From Candidatus Hydrogenedentota bacterium (GTDB taxonomy: Bacteria > Hydrogenedentota > Hydrogenedentia > Hydrogenedentales > SLHB01): DNA of 64,000 nt. Of the stretch, positions 31,594 to 41,348 are shown in pieces. The notes beneath the pieces were generated by a model. The model worked only from the letters and a program-made list of their open reading frames with translations. It was not told the DNA's origin and did no database searches. The position numbers and the translations under genes are program-made. Within the stretch, counting starts at the first letter, position 1, and each line of letters opens with the position of its first letter. Where the stretch lies: NCBI GenBank assembly GCA_963745075.1, contig CAVUWV010000017.1, positions 123,947 to 187,946 of the forward strand, given 5' to 3'.

Positions 31594-33234
31594 TTACCGT
31601 GCCCCGTCATCGACAGGTTCTTTGTACGAAATCGCCAGTGCCATGCCTTCACCCTTATAGAAGGCGCGCGAGAAGAAATACCGGTTGCCCACGAACTCTG
31701 TGGGGACGGGCCAGTCATCGCCCTTCGCCGGACTTACCGGTCCTTCCATCGACAGGAGTTCCACGCGCGCCGGCAAAGCGATACCGACGCGCACTTCCTG
31801 CGACGGCAAGCCGGTCTCCGGAATCGACGCCTCCAAGCGGCCCTGAAGTCCAAGTTTTTCCTTTTGCTCCAGGAACGCAAGCACCACATGCGACGGTTTC
31901 CCGCTGTCGAGTGGGATCATCCAGGTCCCATCGTCGCCGCCGTAGACCTTCTTCTTGACGTCGTTCACGGTTAACGACCAGATCTCTGCATCGGCAACGG
32001 CCTTCAGTTCGAGACGCGGACCCACGTCCGGCGGAACGTCCAGGATCAACACCGACAACACGTTCCCGTTCTCTTCAAAAGAACTGAAGAAGTACTGCGA
32101 CTCCAGAACGGTCACGGGGGTGCTGACCGGCTGGAACCGCGTCGGCGTGAGCGTGATTGGATTCTCCACCGGGACACTCATGTAAAACTGCGCGCCTGCC
32201 GCCGCCTGCTGGAGTGGTTCGGGGAGCCGGTCCGCCGGGATTCGCGTCACAAGACCGTCCGCCGTCGCATCGATTTGTCCGTCCTCCGGTTCTTCCAGGA
32301 CGAAACGGCCCTGCTGCCCGCCGTTCCCCTCGATAACCGGCAACGCCAGCGTAATCGGACCCGCTTCTCCGGGCGTGTCCAGCGCCCACTCGATCGAAAA
32401 GACGCCGCGTTCTTCCGCGGGAAGCGTCAACGCGTACCGGCCATCCTTCACTTCGCGGATGGACGACGTCCGAAGAGACGACGACAAGTACTTGGCCCCC
32501 GGCGGGGCGTCGATGACGAGCCCATCCGGCATGGGACGCAACGGCAGGAAAAGCGTCGCGATAAACGTCCGGCCGCGTTGCGCCGATATCCGGGACAACG
32601 TATCGATCTGGATAACCGTAGCCGCCTCCAGGCGCTGCTTGTTTGCATATCGCAACGCCAGCGATGGACTGGCCGAAAACCGGTAGATGCCCTCGCCATC
32701 GGCAATCCCCTGTGCATCGAGCAGCCGGAGATCCTCTGGCATCGTGACTTCCAGTGTGTTCTGTAACGCTCGGGGAATCGCGAAGGAAATACGCTGCGCT
32801 CCAGCGTCCTCCACGGCACGGACCAGCAACCGTGCCGCCACCTGGAACAACGCCGACGACCCGTCGGGCAGAATGGCCGTGGCGTCCAGGTCGGAGGGGC
32901 TCAGTACCGTGCATCCGCTGGCGTTGCTGATGGCGGTAATCACGACGTCACTGGTAAATAGCGGAATGGGTTTCGCCGGACCCGAGATGAGCTTTCCGGA
33001 AATCAGCACATCGACCTCCGCGCCGTCCGGTCGCAGACGACATTGATACTGCGCCTCGTCGAAGGAGTACACCTGGGGTGCAGGTTTTGGCTTTGCGACC
33101 GTCTTCATGATTTCCCGCTCGAGGTTGTCGCGATACAGCGTTTTAAACTCATTCCACGGGATGACTACGCCTTCCTCCCCCAAAACGGGCATCACCGCGA
33201 TCAGCGCCGCAATCAGGATCGTGACAAGCCGCAT
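31594..33234 (-). CDS. Hypothetical secreted beta-rich protein (546 aa), co-transcribed with creD
   Basis: SD AGGAGG, signal peptide MRLVTILIAALIAVMPVLG; long uninterrupted ORF. Confidence 0.7.
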   Translation of the reverse strand: MRLVTILIAALIAVMPVLGEEGVVIPWNEFKTLYRDNLEREIMKTVAKPKPAPQVYSFDEAQYQCRLRPDGAEVDVLISGKLISGPAKPIPLFTSDVVITAISNASGCTVLSPSDLDATAILPDGSSALFQVAARLLVRAVEDAGAQRISFAIPRALQNTLEVTMPEDLRLLDAQGIADGEGIYRFSASPSLALRYANKQRLEAATVIQIDTLSRISAQRGRTFIATLFLPLRPMPDGLVIDAPPGAKYLSSSLRTSSIREVKDGRYALTLPAEERGVFSIEWALDTPGEAGPITLALPVIEGNGGQQGRFVLEEPEDGQIDATADGLVTRIPADRLPEPLQQAAAGAQFYMSVPVENPITLTPTRFQPVSTPVTVLESQYFFSSFEENGNVLSVLILDVPPDVGPRLELKAVADAEIWSLTVNDVKKKVYGGDDGTWMIPLDSGKPSHVVLAFLEQKEKLGLQGRLEASIPETGLPSQEVRVGIALPARVELLSMEGPVSPAKGDDWPVPTEFVGNRYFFSRAFYKGEGMALAISYKEPVDDGAR

Positions 33235-33314
33235 TTCGCCGCCCTCCTTCCCCGCGGACACCCTGCCGCGCGAGTCGTACAAACCGTCCCTTGAACCTGT
33301 ACGTACTATGGCTC

Positions 33315-33347
33315 GGGAATGTGAAGGGCATTTGAAGGGAATGTGAA
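33315..33347 (-). promoter_or_regulatory. Triple cre-tag (CreB-binding direct repeats)
   Basis: Minus strand TTCAC-attccc-TTCAA-atgccc-TTCAC-attccc, 11-bp period, matching TTCACn6TTCAC; lies between creC and the X-creD unit. Confidence 0.75.
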
Positions 33348-33375
33348 ATCGGCTAGAATTCGGAAGGTTACAGCG

Positions 33376-34826
33376 TCAATACGTCCGCCGCGCAGGTTCC
33401 ACCGGTAGCGTCAACACGGCTTCAACGCCCCCACTGTCGTGGTTTGTCAGAGTAACGTTACCACCATGCAACACCGCCGCCTCCCGCACGAACGCAAGTC
33501 CCAGGCCTGAACTCTTTTTGCCCGTATCGGGACGACGAAGCGAATAGAATCGGTCGAATACCTTGTCCAGGGCATACTCGGGAATCCCCGGTCCATGATC
33601 GCGAACACGAATTGTCACGTTGCCGTCGTCTTTGACCGCGGAAATCTCAATCGCTCCACCCGCGTCCGAAAAATCGACCGCATTCTGAATCAGATTGGAG
33701 AGGGCCTGCCGCACCAGAAACCGCTCGCCGTTCACCATAGCCGGGCGCGTACCCTCAATGGTAACGTCTACGTCTTTCTGCGACAGAACCGGCTGCAAGA
33801 CTCTGCGCAATATCGCCTATCAGGTCCATCAGGTCCACCGCGTCCACATCGCGCAACTCGTTCCGGCCTTCCAGCGCCGACAGTTGCAGCATTCGGTCCA
33901 CGAGTCCCTGAATTCGGTGCGATTCCGACCGAATGTTCTCCAAAAACGGCTTCCGTTGTTCGAGGGGCATGTCTTCTTCGAGTAATTCGGCGGCGCCCCG
34001 AATGGCGGACAGCGGACTCTTCATCTCGTGGGTCAGCGTCTGGACATACTCCTCCACGTAGCGCTTGCCCTCCAGCGCGGTCCGCATTTCCTCAAAGGCG
34101 TAGCCCAGTGCACCGATCTCGCCCCGTCCGAACTTCGGCGGCGGCACCCGTTTGCCGTCGCGAACAGCCTTTGCGTACCGCGTGAGCCGTTCGATGGGCG
34201 ACGTGATCCACGCCGAAAACACCATCCCGAGCAGGACGACACAAACGGCCGCGATGATCCCGGCGGTGACGATTTTGCGCCGGGCCGTCTCCATAAACAG
34301 GGTGACGCTGTCCGCCGGTTTCGCCACGGTCAGCACGCCGACGATTTCCCCGTCGATCGTGATCGGAGAGGCCACGTGCAGGATGGACGTCTTCGGGATC
34401 GTCGGGATCTGTGCGCGTGGAGCGAGCGCCATATTCTCCTCGCATCGTTCGAGCCACGTCGTTCCATCGCGAATAGTCTTTCCCCTCGTCCCGGCCGTCA
34501 TCGGAATCAAACACGACGATTCCCTTGCGGTCCGTGACATAGACGCGCATGTTCAGGTGGGTTTTGGTGACGTCGTAGATTCTTGCGGAGAACTCTTTGT
34601 TCCGCGCCCGGTCGAAGGTGGTCCGAAAATCAGTGGTATCGACTGCGTCGTGCTCGATCTGGGTTTCCGCCAAGGACGCGAGTATCGTCGCCGTGTCTAC
34701 CATGGACTCCTCCATGGTTTCAAGATACCGGGGCCGTAGATCTTCGAGAATCCAGTCCACGAGTTCGTAGAAGCCGACGCCTACGACCAGGAGCAATGCC
34801 GCGAATAGCCGATAGCGGATCTTCAC
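33376..34826 (-). pseudogene. creC: Sensor histidine kinase CreC with two frameshifts (near 34395 and 33805; probably sequencing errors)
   Basis: MEESMVDTATILA, RVYVTD..GIVVFDS, DYSRWNDV, YVQTLTHEMKSPL, NLIQNAVDFS, DHGPGIP, SGLGLAFV. Confidence 0.85.
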
Positions 34827-35509
34827 CACGACTCCTTCAGCGAGTAGCCCAGCCCACGGTGCGTTTGAATCGGATCGACTTCCGGCCGGACCGACCGCAT
34901 TTTCGCTCGGATGTTCTTCACGTGCGCGTCCACCGTGCGATCCATACTCGATTCCGGCGCATCCCACGCCAGTTCCATCAGCTTCTCGCGCGAGTAGACC
35001 CACCCAGGCCGCTGCGCCAGCACTTCGAGGATGCGATATTCATAGCGCGACAAGTCGAGCGGCTTTCCGAAATACCACACCGTGGCCTTATGTTTGTCGA
35101 TGGTCAGTGGCGAGCCCGGCCGGGAAGGCGACGCGTCGGACTCTGCCCCAGGCGCACGGCGCAACACGGCCTTCACGCGGGCGGCCAATTCGCGTGGACT
35201 GAAGGGCTTGGCCACATAGTCGTCACCCCCGATTTCGAGGCCCACCACGCGATCGATTTCATCCGCCCGTGCCGTCAGGAAGATAATCGGTACCGCAGAA
35301 GTCTTCCGGATTTCTTTGCACAGGTCGAACCCGTTGCAATCAGGCAATCCAACGTCGAGCACGATCAGGCTCGCCCCATGGTCGTGGTAGATGCGAAGTG
35401 CTTCTTCTCCCGTGGCGCACCAGGCTACCTCAAAGCTCTCCGTCTCCAAAGCATACCGGATATTATCCGCGATGGCCGGTTCGTCCTCGACCACCAGAAT
35501 CCTGTGCAT
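34823..35509 (-). CDS. creB: Response regulator CreB (OmpR family)
   Basis: ILVVEDEPAIAD, LDVGLPD, DDYVAKPFSPREL, DRTVDAHVK, THRGLGYSL. Confidence 0.88.
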   Translation of the reverse strand: MHRILVVEDEPAIADNIRYALETESFEVAWCATGEEALRIYHDHGASLIVLDVGLPDCNGFDLCKEIRKTSAVPIIFLTARADEIDRVVGLEIGGDDYVAKPFSPRELAARVKAVLRRAPGAESDASPSRPGSPLTIDKHKATVWYFGKPLDLSRYEYRILEVLAQRPGWVYSREKLMELAWDAPESSMDRTVDAHVKNIRAKMRSVRPEVDPIQTHRGLGYSLKESW

Positions 35510-35654
35510 GTCATGAACCCTCCACGACATTGGCTGCACCGCATGGTCGCACGGTTCCGCCTCAGCCTGCAACCGGTTATTGAATCGGGACCGTCGGTCT
35601 TGCACCCGGCTCTCCAGTTCTCTATAGTCTGCGGCTGCAAGCAAGGAGGTCCTT

Positions 35655-35843
35655 ATGACCCTGCAGGAAATTCTCGTTCAAAATCTCGGACAGTTTCTCG
35701 AAACCCTGAACCAGGTCTTCGCCATCGCCGCCCAGAACTCGGTGGCATGGGCGCAGCAATTCGGTACCACGTGGCTCGCTGCCTATACCCAGCGCGCCAG
35801 CATCTTGCTGGGCGCCCTCGACGCGATTCTGCCGCCATATTGA
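35655..35843 (+). CDS. Small amphipathic hypothetical protein (62 aa)
   Basis: Strong SD AAGGAGGT just upstream; first gene of a plus-strand run. Confidence 0.6.
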   Translation: MTLQEILVQNLGQFLETLNQVFAIAAQNSVAWAQQFGTTWLAAYTQRASILLGALDAILPPY

Positions 35844-35871
35844 TGAATGGATTAGCTCCGGAAAGGGTTGC

Positions 35872-36798
35872 ATGATGGGTTCGATCGAATTGGGAAACGG
35901 CGCACACACCTATGAACTGGTCGAGGGGTGGGGCGAACCGCCGTCGCACATTCAATACGGCTACACCCACGGCGTCTGCGAAGACAGCCAGGGCCGCATC
36001 TATATCCACAATCAGAGCCCCCACGCCATGGTGGTTTTCGACGCCGACGGCGCCTTCGTCACGTCATGGGGCGACGAATACGCGAGCGGCGCACACGGCT
36101 TGCAACTTAACCGCGAGAATGGGGAGGAGTTCCTGTATCTCGCCCTCACCAGCCAGAGTCGTTGCGTAAAGACCACGCTCTCCGGCGATAAGGTTTGGGA
36201 TATCGGGTGTCCCATGGACTCCGGCGTGTATGAGAAGCCGGAACAATTCGTGCCCACCAATATCGCCATCGCGCCCAACGGGGACTTCTACGTCGCCGAC
36301 GGCTACGGCCTCAGCTACATTCACCAATACAACGCCAAGGCCGAGTACATCCGCACCTGGGGCGGCAAGGGCGATGCCCCGGGCCAGATGAACTGTCCCC
36401 ACGGCATCTACGTCGACACCCGTGGCGAAAGCCCCGTCCTCGTCGTCGCCGATCGCGCCAACGTGCGGCTGCAATACTTTGATCTCGACGGAAACCACTT
36501 GAGGTTCGTCACCGAGGAGCTGCGGTTTCCGTGTCATTTCGATCAACGCGGCGACGAAATGCTCATCCCGGACCTTTACGGCCGGGTCACCATCTTCGAC
36601 AAAGACAACAAGCTCGTCACCCATCTCGGCGACAATCCCGGCGTCGAAAAGACGGAAGGCTACCCGAATCTTCCCCACGACCAGCGCATTCCCGGCAAAT
36701 TCATCTCGCCCCACGGCGCAATCTGGGATCACGCCGGCAACATCTACGTCGTCGAATGGGTCAACGACGGCCGCGTAACGAAGTTGCGCCGAGTTTAA
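35872..36798 (+). CDS. NHL-repeat protein (PAL-like beta-propeller)
   Basis: PTNIAIAPNGDFYVADGYG, CPHGIYVD, VADRAN.RLQ.F, SPHG...D..GNIYVVEW. Confidence 0.85.
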   Translation: MMGSIELGNGAHTYELVEGWGEPPSHIQYGYTHGVCEDSQGRIYIHNQSPHAMVVFDADGAFVTSWGDEYASGAHGLQLNRENGEEFLYLALTSQSRCVKTTLSGDKVWDIGCPMDSGVYEKPEQFVPTNIAIAPNGDFYVADGYGLSYIHQYNAKAEYIRTWGGKGDAPGQMNCPHGIYVDTRGESPVLVVADRANVRLQYFDLDGNHLRFVTEELRFPCHFDQRGDEMLIPDLYGRVTIFDKDNKLVTHLGDNPGVEKTEGYPNLPHDQRIPGKFISPHGAIWDHAGNIYVVEWVNDGRVTKLRRV

Positions 36799-36811
36799 TC
36801 GTGACACGCAG

Positions 36812-38251
36812 ATGAAGCACCGGCCCGTCGAAACCCATGCCAGCGGCCTGATCGCCAAGCTTGGCCTGTTCACGGCCTGCATGATCATCATGGGCAACAT
36901 GATCGGGTCGGGCATCTTCAAGAAGTCCGCGCCCATGGCCGCCGAGTTGCAGTCGCCGGGACTTCTTCTCGCGTGTTGGCTCATCGCGGGGATCATCACC
37001 CTCTTCGGCGCGTTGACCAACGCCGAGATTGCGGGCATGATCGCCGAACCCGGCGGGCAATATCAGTATTTCAAGCGGATGTACGGCCGCGGGTTCGCAT
37101 TTCTGTACGGCTGGTCCTCGTTCACCGTCATTCAGACCGCGTCCATCAGCTCCATTGCGTACGTATTCGGCGAGTCCGCCAACGCCTTGATTGCCTTTCC
37201 CCGCTTATCTGCGGATCTTGAGGCTTGGTCGATATTTGGCCTCGTCTCCCCGCTGGACAACCTCGGCGTGAAACTCTTCACCATCTTCACGATTGCTGCG
37301 CTCACAACGGCGAACTATTTCGGCGTGGTATTCGGCGGTGTGATTGCCAGCATGACGACGTGTCTAAAATTGGTTGGGATTGCGCTGATCATTCTTCTCG
37401 GATTTTTCCTGGGAAATGGATCGGTGGGCCATTTGCAACCCGTCTTGGAAAATCCCCACGCGGAATATGGCTCGTCGCTCGGACTCTTCGGCGCCATGTT
37501 TGCTGCCTTCCTCGGCGCGTTCTGGGCTTACGACGGCTGGAACAACATCACCTCGCTCGGCGCCGAGGTTCGCAACGCGAAGCGGAATATCCCGCTGGCC
37601 CTCGGCATCGGCACGCTTGGCGTCATCGTCGTGTACATGATCGTCAATGCCGCCTACCTCTACATCATGCCCGTGGACAAAATGGCCGCGCTCGTCAACA
37701 CCAAAAACAGCATCGTCGCCGTCGAGGTTATGCGTACCTTCATGGGTGACCGCGGCGCCATGCTAATCGCCATTCTTATTCTGCTCTCCACCTTCGGCGC
37801 AACCAACTGCCAGCTCATGCCGCACTCCCGCGTGTATTTCGCCATGGCCCGGGACAACCTCTTTTTCAAATCGGCCGCGACCTGCCATCCCGTCCACAAG
37901 ACGCCCTCCACGTCGCTGATCATCCAGGCCGCCTGGGCCTCGTTGCTGGTAATGAGCGGTTCCTTCGATCAACTCACTGATATGGTGATCTTCGCTTCGT
38001 TCATCTTTTATGGCGCTGGCGCGTTCGGCGTCTTTGTCCTTCGCCGGACGATGGAGGGCGAGCCGCGGCCCTATCGTGTGACCGGATACCCGGTCGTCCC
38101 CGCGATCTTTGTATTGTTCTGCCTGGTCCTGGTTTGCGTAACCATCTATCAGGCCCCCCGGAACGCCGGCTTCAGCCTGGTACTCGTCTTTTCCGGCATT
38201 CCATTCTATTGGCTGTGGCGCAATCGCGCACCGCACATCCCCACATCGTGA
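36812..38251 (+). CDS. APC family amino acid permease
   Basis: GNMIGSGIF, AEI..M..EPGGQY, WAYDGWN, RPYRV.GYP; about 12 TM. Confidence 0.92.
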   Translation: MKHRPVETHASGLIAKLGLFTACMIIMGNMIGSGIFKKSAPMAAELQSPGLLLACWLIAGIITLFGALTNAEIAGMIAEPGGQYQYFKRMYGRGFAFLYGWSSFTVIQTASISSIAYVFGESANALIAFPRLSADLEAWSIFGLVSPLDNLGVKLFTIFTIAALTTANYFGVVFGGVIASMTTCLKLVGIALIILLGFFLGNGSVGHLQPVLENPHAEYGSSLGLFGAMFAAFLGAFWAYDGWNNITSLGAEVRNAKRNIPLALGIGTLGVIVVYMIVNAAYLYIMPVDKMAALVNTKNSIVAVEVMRTFMGDRGAMLIAILILLSTFGATNCQLMPHSRVYFAMARDNLFFKSAATCHPVHKTPSTSLIIQAAWASLLVMSGSFDQLTDMVIFASFIFYGAGAFGVFVLRRTMEGEPRPYRVTGYPVVPAIFVLFCLVLVCVTIYQAPRNAGFSLVLVFSGIPFYWLWRNRAPHIPTS

Positions 38252-38349
38252 TCCCGGGCCTTCATCCACGTATAATGGGGTTTACGGGCCGGTACCCCGT
38301 CCACTGCGAGGAAATTCCAATACTTCATCGATGAAAGGATCAGGCGACT

Positions 38350-39081
38350 ATGAAGCATCTGGTATTGGCGCTGGCGATGTGCTCCGTTGTGCTTCACGCA
38401 CAGGATGCTCCCGATAACACCCTCACCGCCGACGAGAAAGAGGCGGGGTGGGTTCTCCTGTTCAACGGAAAAGACTTGACCAATTGGATGAACGAAGACA
38501 AGGCTCCCAGCACAGCCAAAGTCGAGGACGGTGCCATCAACCCTGGCACCGCGTCAACTCCCCTTGTTGTGTACAAGGACTACTACGGCGACTGCATTCT
38601 CTCCCTCGACTTCAAGATCGGCGCCGGGTGCGACACCGGTGTATTTGTCCGGCTGTTTCCGTTGACGTCAGTCCGCGATCATCCTGTCTCGTGGAACGGT
38701 TTGGAAGTGTCGATTAAGGATTCCACCGGCACGGACTATACCGACACGGGTGCCATATACGATTTAGTCAAACCATCCTCCAACGCAATGAAGCCCGTCG
38801 GCGAATGGAACCACATGGTGATCACCTGCAACCGCAACCTGATCACCGTCGAATTGAACGGTGAAACCGTCACCAATATGAACCTGGACGATTTCAAGGA
38901 ACCCATGCGCCGCCCCGACGGGTCCGAACACAGCTACGACAAGTCCTGGTACACCCACAGCCGCCAAGGCTACATCGCGCTCCAGAACGGTAGCAGTCCC
39001 TGTTGGTTCAAGAACATCAAACTCATGCCCCTGAACGCCGACGCGCGGGGCCGCCGCGAGTCCAACCGGATTATCAAGTAA
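38350..39081 (+). CDS. DUF1080 (3-keto-disaccharide hydrolase-like) secreted protein
   Basis: Signal peptide; GWVLLFNGKDL, TGAIYD, GEWNHM, GYIALQ, FKNIK. Confidence 0.88.
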   Translation: MKHLVLALAMCSVVLHAQDAPDNTLTADEKEAGWVLLFNGKDLTNWMNEDKAPSTAKVEDGAINPGTASTPLVVYKDYYGDCILSLDFKIGAGCDTGVFVRLFPLTSVRDHPVSWNGLEVSIKDSTGTDYTDTGAIYDLVKPSSNAMKPVGEWNHMVITCNRNLITVELNGETVTNMNLDDFKEPMRRPDGSEHSYDKSWYTHSRQGYIALQNGSSPCWFKNIKLMPLNADARGRRESNRIIK

Positions 39082-39084
39082 CCC

Positions 39085-39369
39085 ATGGACGTCGCGCGGC
39101 CGAGAGTGGTCATCCACTACTGCACGCAGTGCCGCTGGCTCCTGCGCGCCGCCTGGATGGCTCAGGAACTCCTGACCACCTTCGATCGCGAACTTGGCGA
39201 GGTGGCCCTGAGTCCGGGAACCGGCGGCGTCTTCAATGTGACGGTGGATGATCGCTTGGTCTGGTCGCGAAAGGCCGAAGGGCGCTTCCCCGACATCAAA
39301 GAACTCAAACAACGCGTGCGAGATCGCGTCGCCCCGGAAAAGGACCTTGGGCACAGCGACCGCCCTTGA
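39085..39369 (+). CDS. SelT/SelW/SelH (Rdx) family protein
   Basis: IHYCTQCRWLLRAAWMAQELLTTF, PGTGGVF, ELKQRVRD. Confidence 0.92.
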   Translation: MDVARPRVVIHYCTQCRWLLRAAWMAQELLTTFDRELGEVALSPGTGGVFNVTVDDRLVWSRKAEGRFPDIKELKQRVRDRVAPEKDLGHSDRP

Positions 39370-39399
39370 CCGTACGGCAGCAACGTGCCGGAGAACGAT

Positions 39400-40176
39400 A
39401 TGGCCGCCCAGAGCCGCAACAGCAGCGAAGAGCGTGTCAGCCCCTTGCGCATAGGTGCGGCATGGGGCGTTCACCTGTTTACCGCGTCGGGCGCGGTCGC
39501 AGCATTCTGGGCAGTACTGGCGATTGGCGACGGCCGCTGGATGACCGCCTTCGCCTGGATGGGCCTCGGCATCCTCATCGACGGCGTCGATGGATTGTTG
39601 GCCCGGACAGTCGGCGTCAAGCAGGTGCTGCCAAACTTCGACGGTGCGCTGCTCGACAATCTTGTCGATTACTTTGCCTATGTGCTGGTCCCGGCGCTGC
39701 TCGTGTGCGACGCCCATCTGTTGCCACGCGGGTGGAATCTACCCGCAGCCGCGGCCATGATCCTCAGCTCCGCGTACCAATTCTGTCAGGCCGACGCCAA
39801 GACCGACGATCACTACTTCAAGGGCTGGCCTTCGTATTGGAATATTCTCGTCTTCTACCTGTTCGTGCTCCGCGCGAACCCTGTGTTAAGCCTCGTGCTG
39901 GTCCTCGGATGCGCAATTCTGGTTTTTGTTCCAATCCGGTATCTATACCCGTCGCGCGCAAAACGATTTCGAACCCTTCACCTGCTTCTGGTTGCGGCCT
40001 GGGCGGCTACGCTCATCCTGATGTGGTTCCAACACCCGACGATTCATCCCGCCGTCATTGCGCTCTCACTCCTGTACGTGGTTTACTATAATCTCGTGAG
40101 TTTATACGCAACGTTTCGACCAAACCGATCTCCCAACGCGCGTCTCGAACCTGCGCAGAAAGGATTACCACGATGA
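39400..40176 (+). CDS. pcs: Phosphatidylcholine synthase-like CDP-alcohol phosphatidyltransferase
   Basis: VHLFTASG, DGVDGLLAR, FDGALLDNLVDY, KTDDHYFKGWPSYWN. Confidence 0.8.
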   Translation: MAAQSRNSSEERVSPLRIGAAWGVHLFTASGAVAAFWAVLAIGDGRWMTAFAWMGLGILIDGVDGLLARTVGVKQVLPNFDGALLDNLVDYFAYVLVPALLVCDAHLLPRGWNLPAAAAMILSSAYQFCQADAKTDDHYFKGWPSYWNILVFYLFVLRANPVLSLVLVLGCAILVFVPIRYLYPSRAKRFRTLHLLLVAAWAATLILMWFQHPTIHPAVIALSLLYVVYYNLVSLYATFRPNRSPNARLEPAQKGLPR

Positions 40177-40532
40177 AACTCTGCATTATCGTCGGATACG
40201 GAGACGACAACGTGGACAAAGCGACCGTGAGTCTGACGCTCGCCCATGCCGCGTTGGACGAAGGTGATTCCGTTACCGTTGTATTGATGAGCGAAGGCGT
40301 CCGGTTGGCGGTATCCGGTCACGCGGATACGCTGGACAATGGAGAACCGTTCAAACCGGTCCAGGAACTGCTTGCCGGAATCGATGAGAAGAATGGCCGG
40401 CTTTGCGTGTGCTTGCCTTGCCTGAAGAACCGCGGAATTTCAGAGAAGGACCTGGATTCGCGCTTCAAGAAGATCGCCGGCAGCGACGTACTGCGCATCA
40501 CAAGAGAAAGCGAACGCATGCTGCAACTGTGA
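40173..40532 (+). CDS. DsrE/DsrF-like family protein
   Basis: VVLMSEGVRLA and VCLPCLKNRG. Confidence 0.8.
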   Translation: MKLCIIVGYGDDNVDKATVSLTLAHAALDEGDSVTVVLMSEGVRLAVSGHADTLDNGEPFKPVQELLAGIDEKNGRLCVCLPCLKNRGISEKDLDSRFKKIAGSDVLRITRESERMLQL

Positions 40533-40543
40533 GGCGACACCCG

Positions 40544-41161
40544 CTATTGGTACGGTTCCTCGTCCTCGACGGGTTTCGCAATTCCCGCGTCAACGAGGTA
40601 GTGCAGGCCGTCCTCCGTATCCAACATCGCCGCGATCGCGTCGTTGATCGCCGCCTCCCATTTGGCCACGCTGCTCTCCGGTTGCTGGACGGCGACGGCT
40701 TCTTCAATCGCGCGCCGGACCGTGTTCGAGATTTCCTGATGCGGCGTATACTCCGCGAAGCCCTTCACTTCGTGCTTCAGTCCCCACGAACACTTCGGAG
40801 GCGAAGGCCCCGCCCACAACACGCCTTCTTCCAGGGCCCACGGCTTCCAGTACCGCGCGCCAAAATCGACGAGTTCGATGCCCTCCGCGCCGCGATCGCA
40901 TTCGATCCACACGTAGTAACCATGAATGTCGATGTTCTCGATATGCGCCTGTATACCAAACGGAGCCCCGCCGCACCGGACTTCCACCGACCCCGCGACA
41001 GGGACGTACCCGTCGCCCGTTAAATGCTTCAGCAAGAAACAACCGATCGTGTTGATCGGTCCGATGTGCATCACGGACGGCTCCATGAACTTCAGCAGCG
41101 CCCCGTGTAACGAATCGGCAATGACCTCACGCACCGCAGGCGTGAGCGGGTACTTCGCCAT
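40544..41161 (-). CDS. Hypothetical protein (about 205 aa)
   Basis: SD GAGGAG; protein-like ORF; no family recognised. Confidence 0.6.
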   Translation of the reverse strand: MAKYPLTPAVREVIADSLHGALLKFMEPSVMHIGPINTIGCFLLKHLTGDGYVPVAGSVEVRCGGAPFGIQAHIENIDIHGYYVWIECDRGAEGIELVDFGARYWKPWALEEGVLWAGPSPPKCSWGLKHEVKGFAEYTPHQEISNTVRRAIEEAVAVQQPESSVAKWEAAINDAIAAMLDTEDGLHYLVDAGIAKPVEDEEPYQ

Positions 41162-41348
41162 AAACACCAACTCCTCTCCTCTCCCATGACCCTACCGTAA
41201 CGCGAAGCCACCGGCTGTTTCAACGACGACCCGCCCGGAATCCAACGGGGGGGAACCGGCATGCTTTTGTCGGGTGGAAGTACACGCGGCCGCCTCGTAT
41301 ACTGAAGCGATTTCAACCAGCGGGGGTGCACCTTCAGAGGGTAACACT

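Noticed and set aside
33820..33850. Third GTCCAY-like repeat
   Set aside because: It lies within creC and is explained by the coding sequence DVDAVDLMDL.
35872..36798. PAL-like NHL protein as an amidating enzyme for the peptides
   Set aside because: None of the peptides ends in Gly, no monooxygenase partner is present and the gene is over 27 kb away.
39085..39369. Selenoprotein (SelW family)
   Set aside because: The motif is CTQC with ordinary Cys codons and there is no in-frame TGA.
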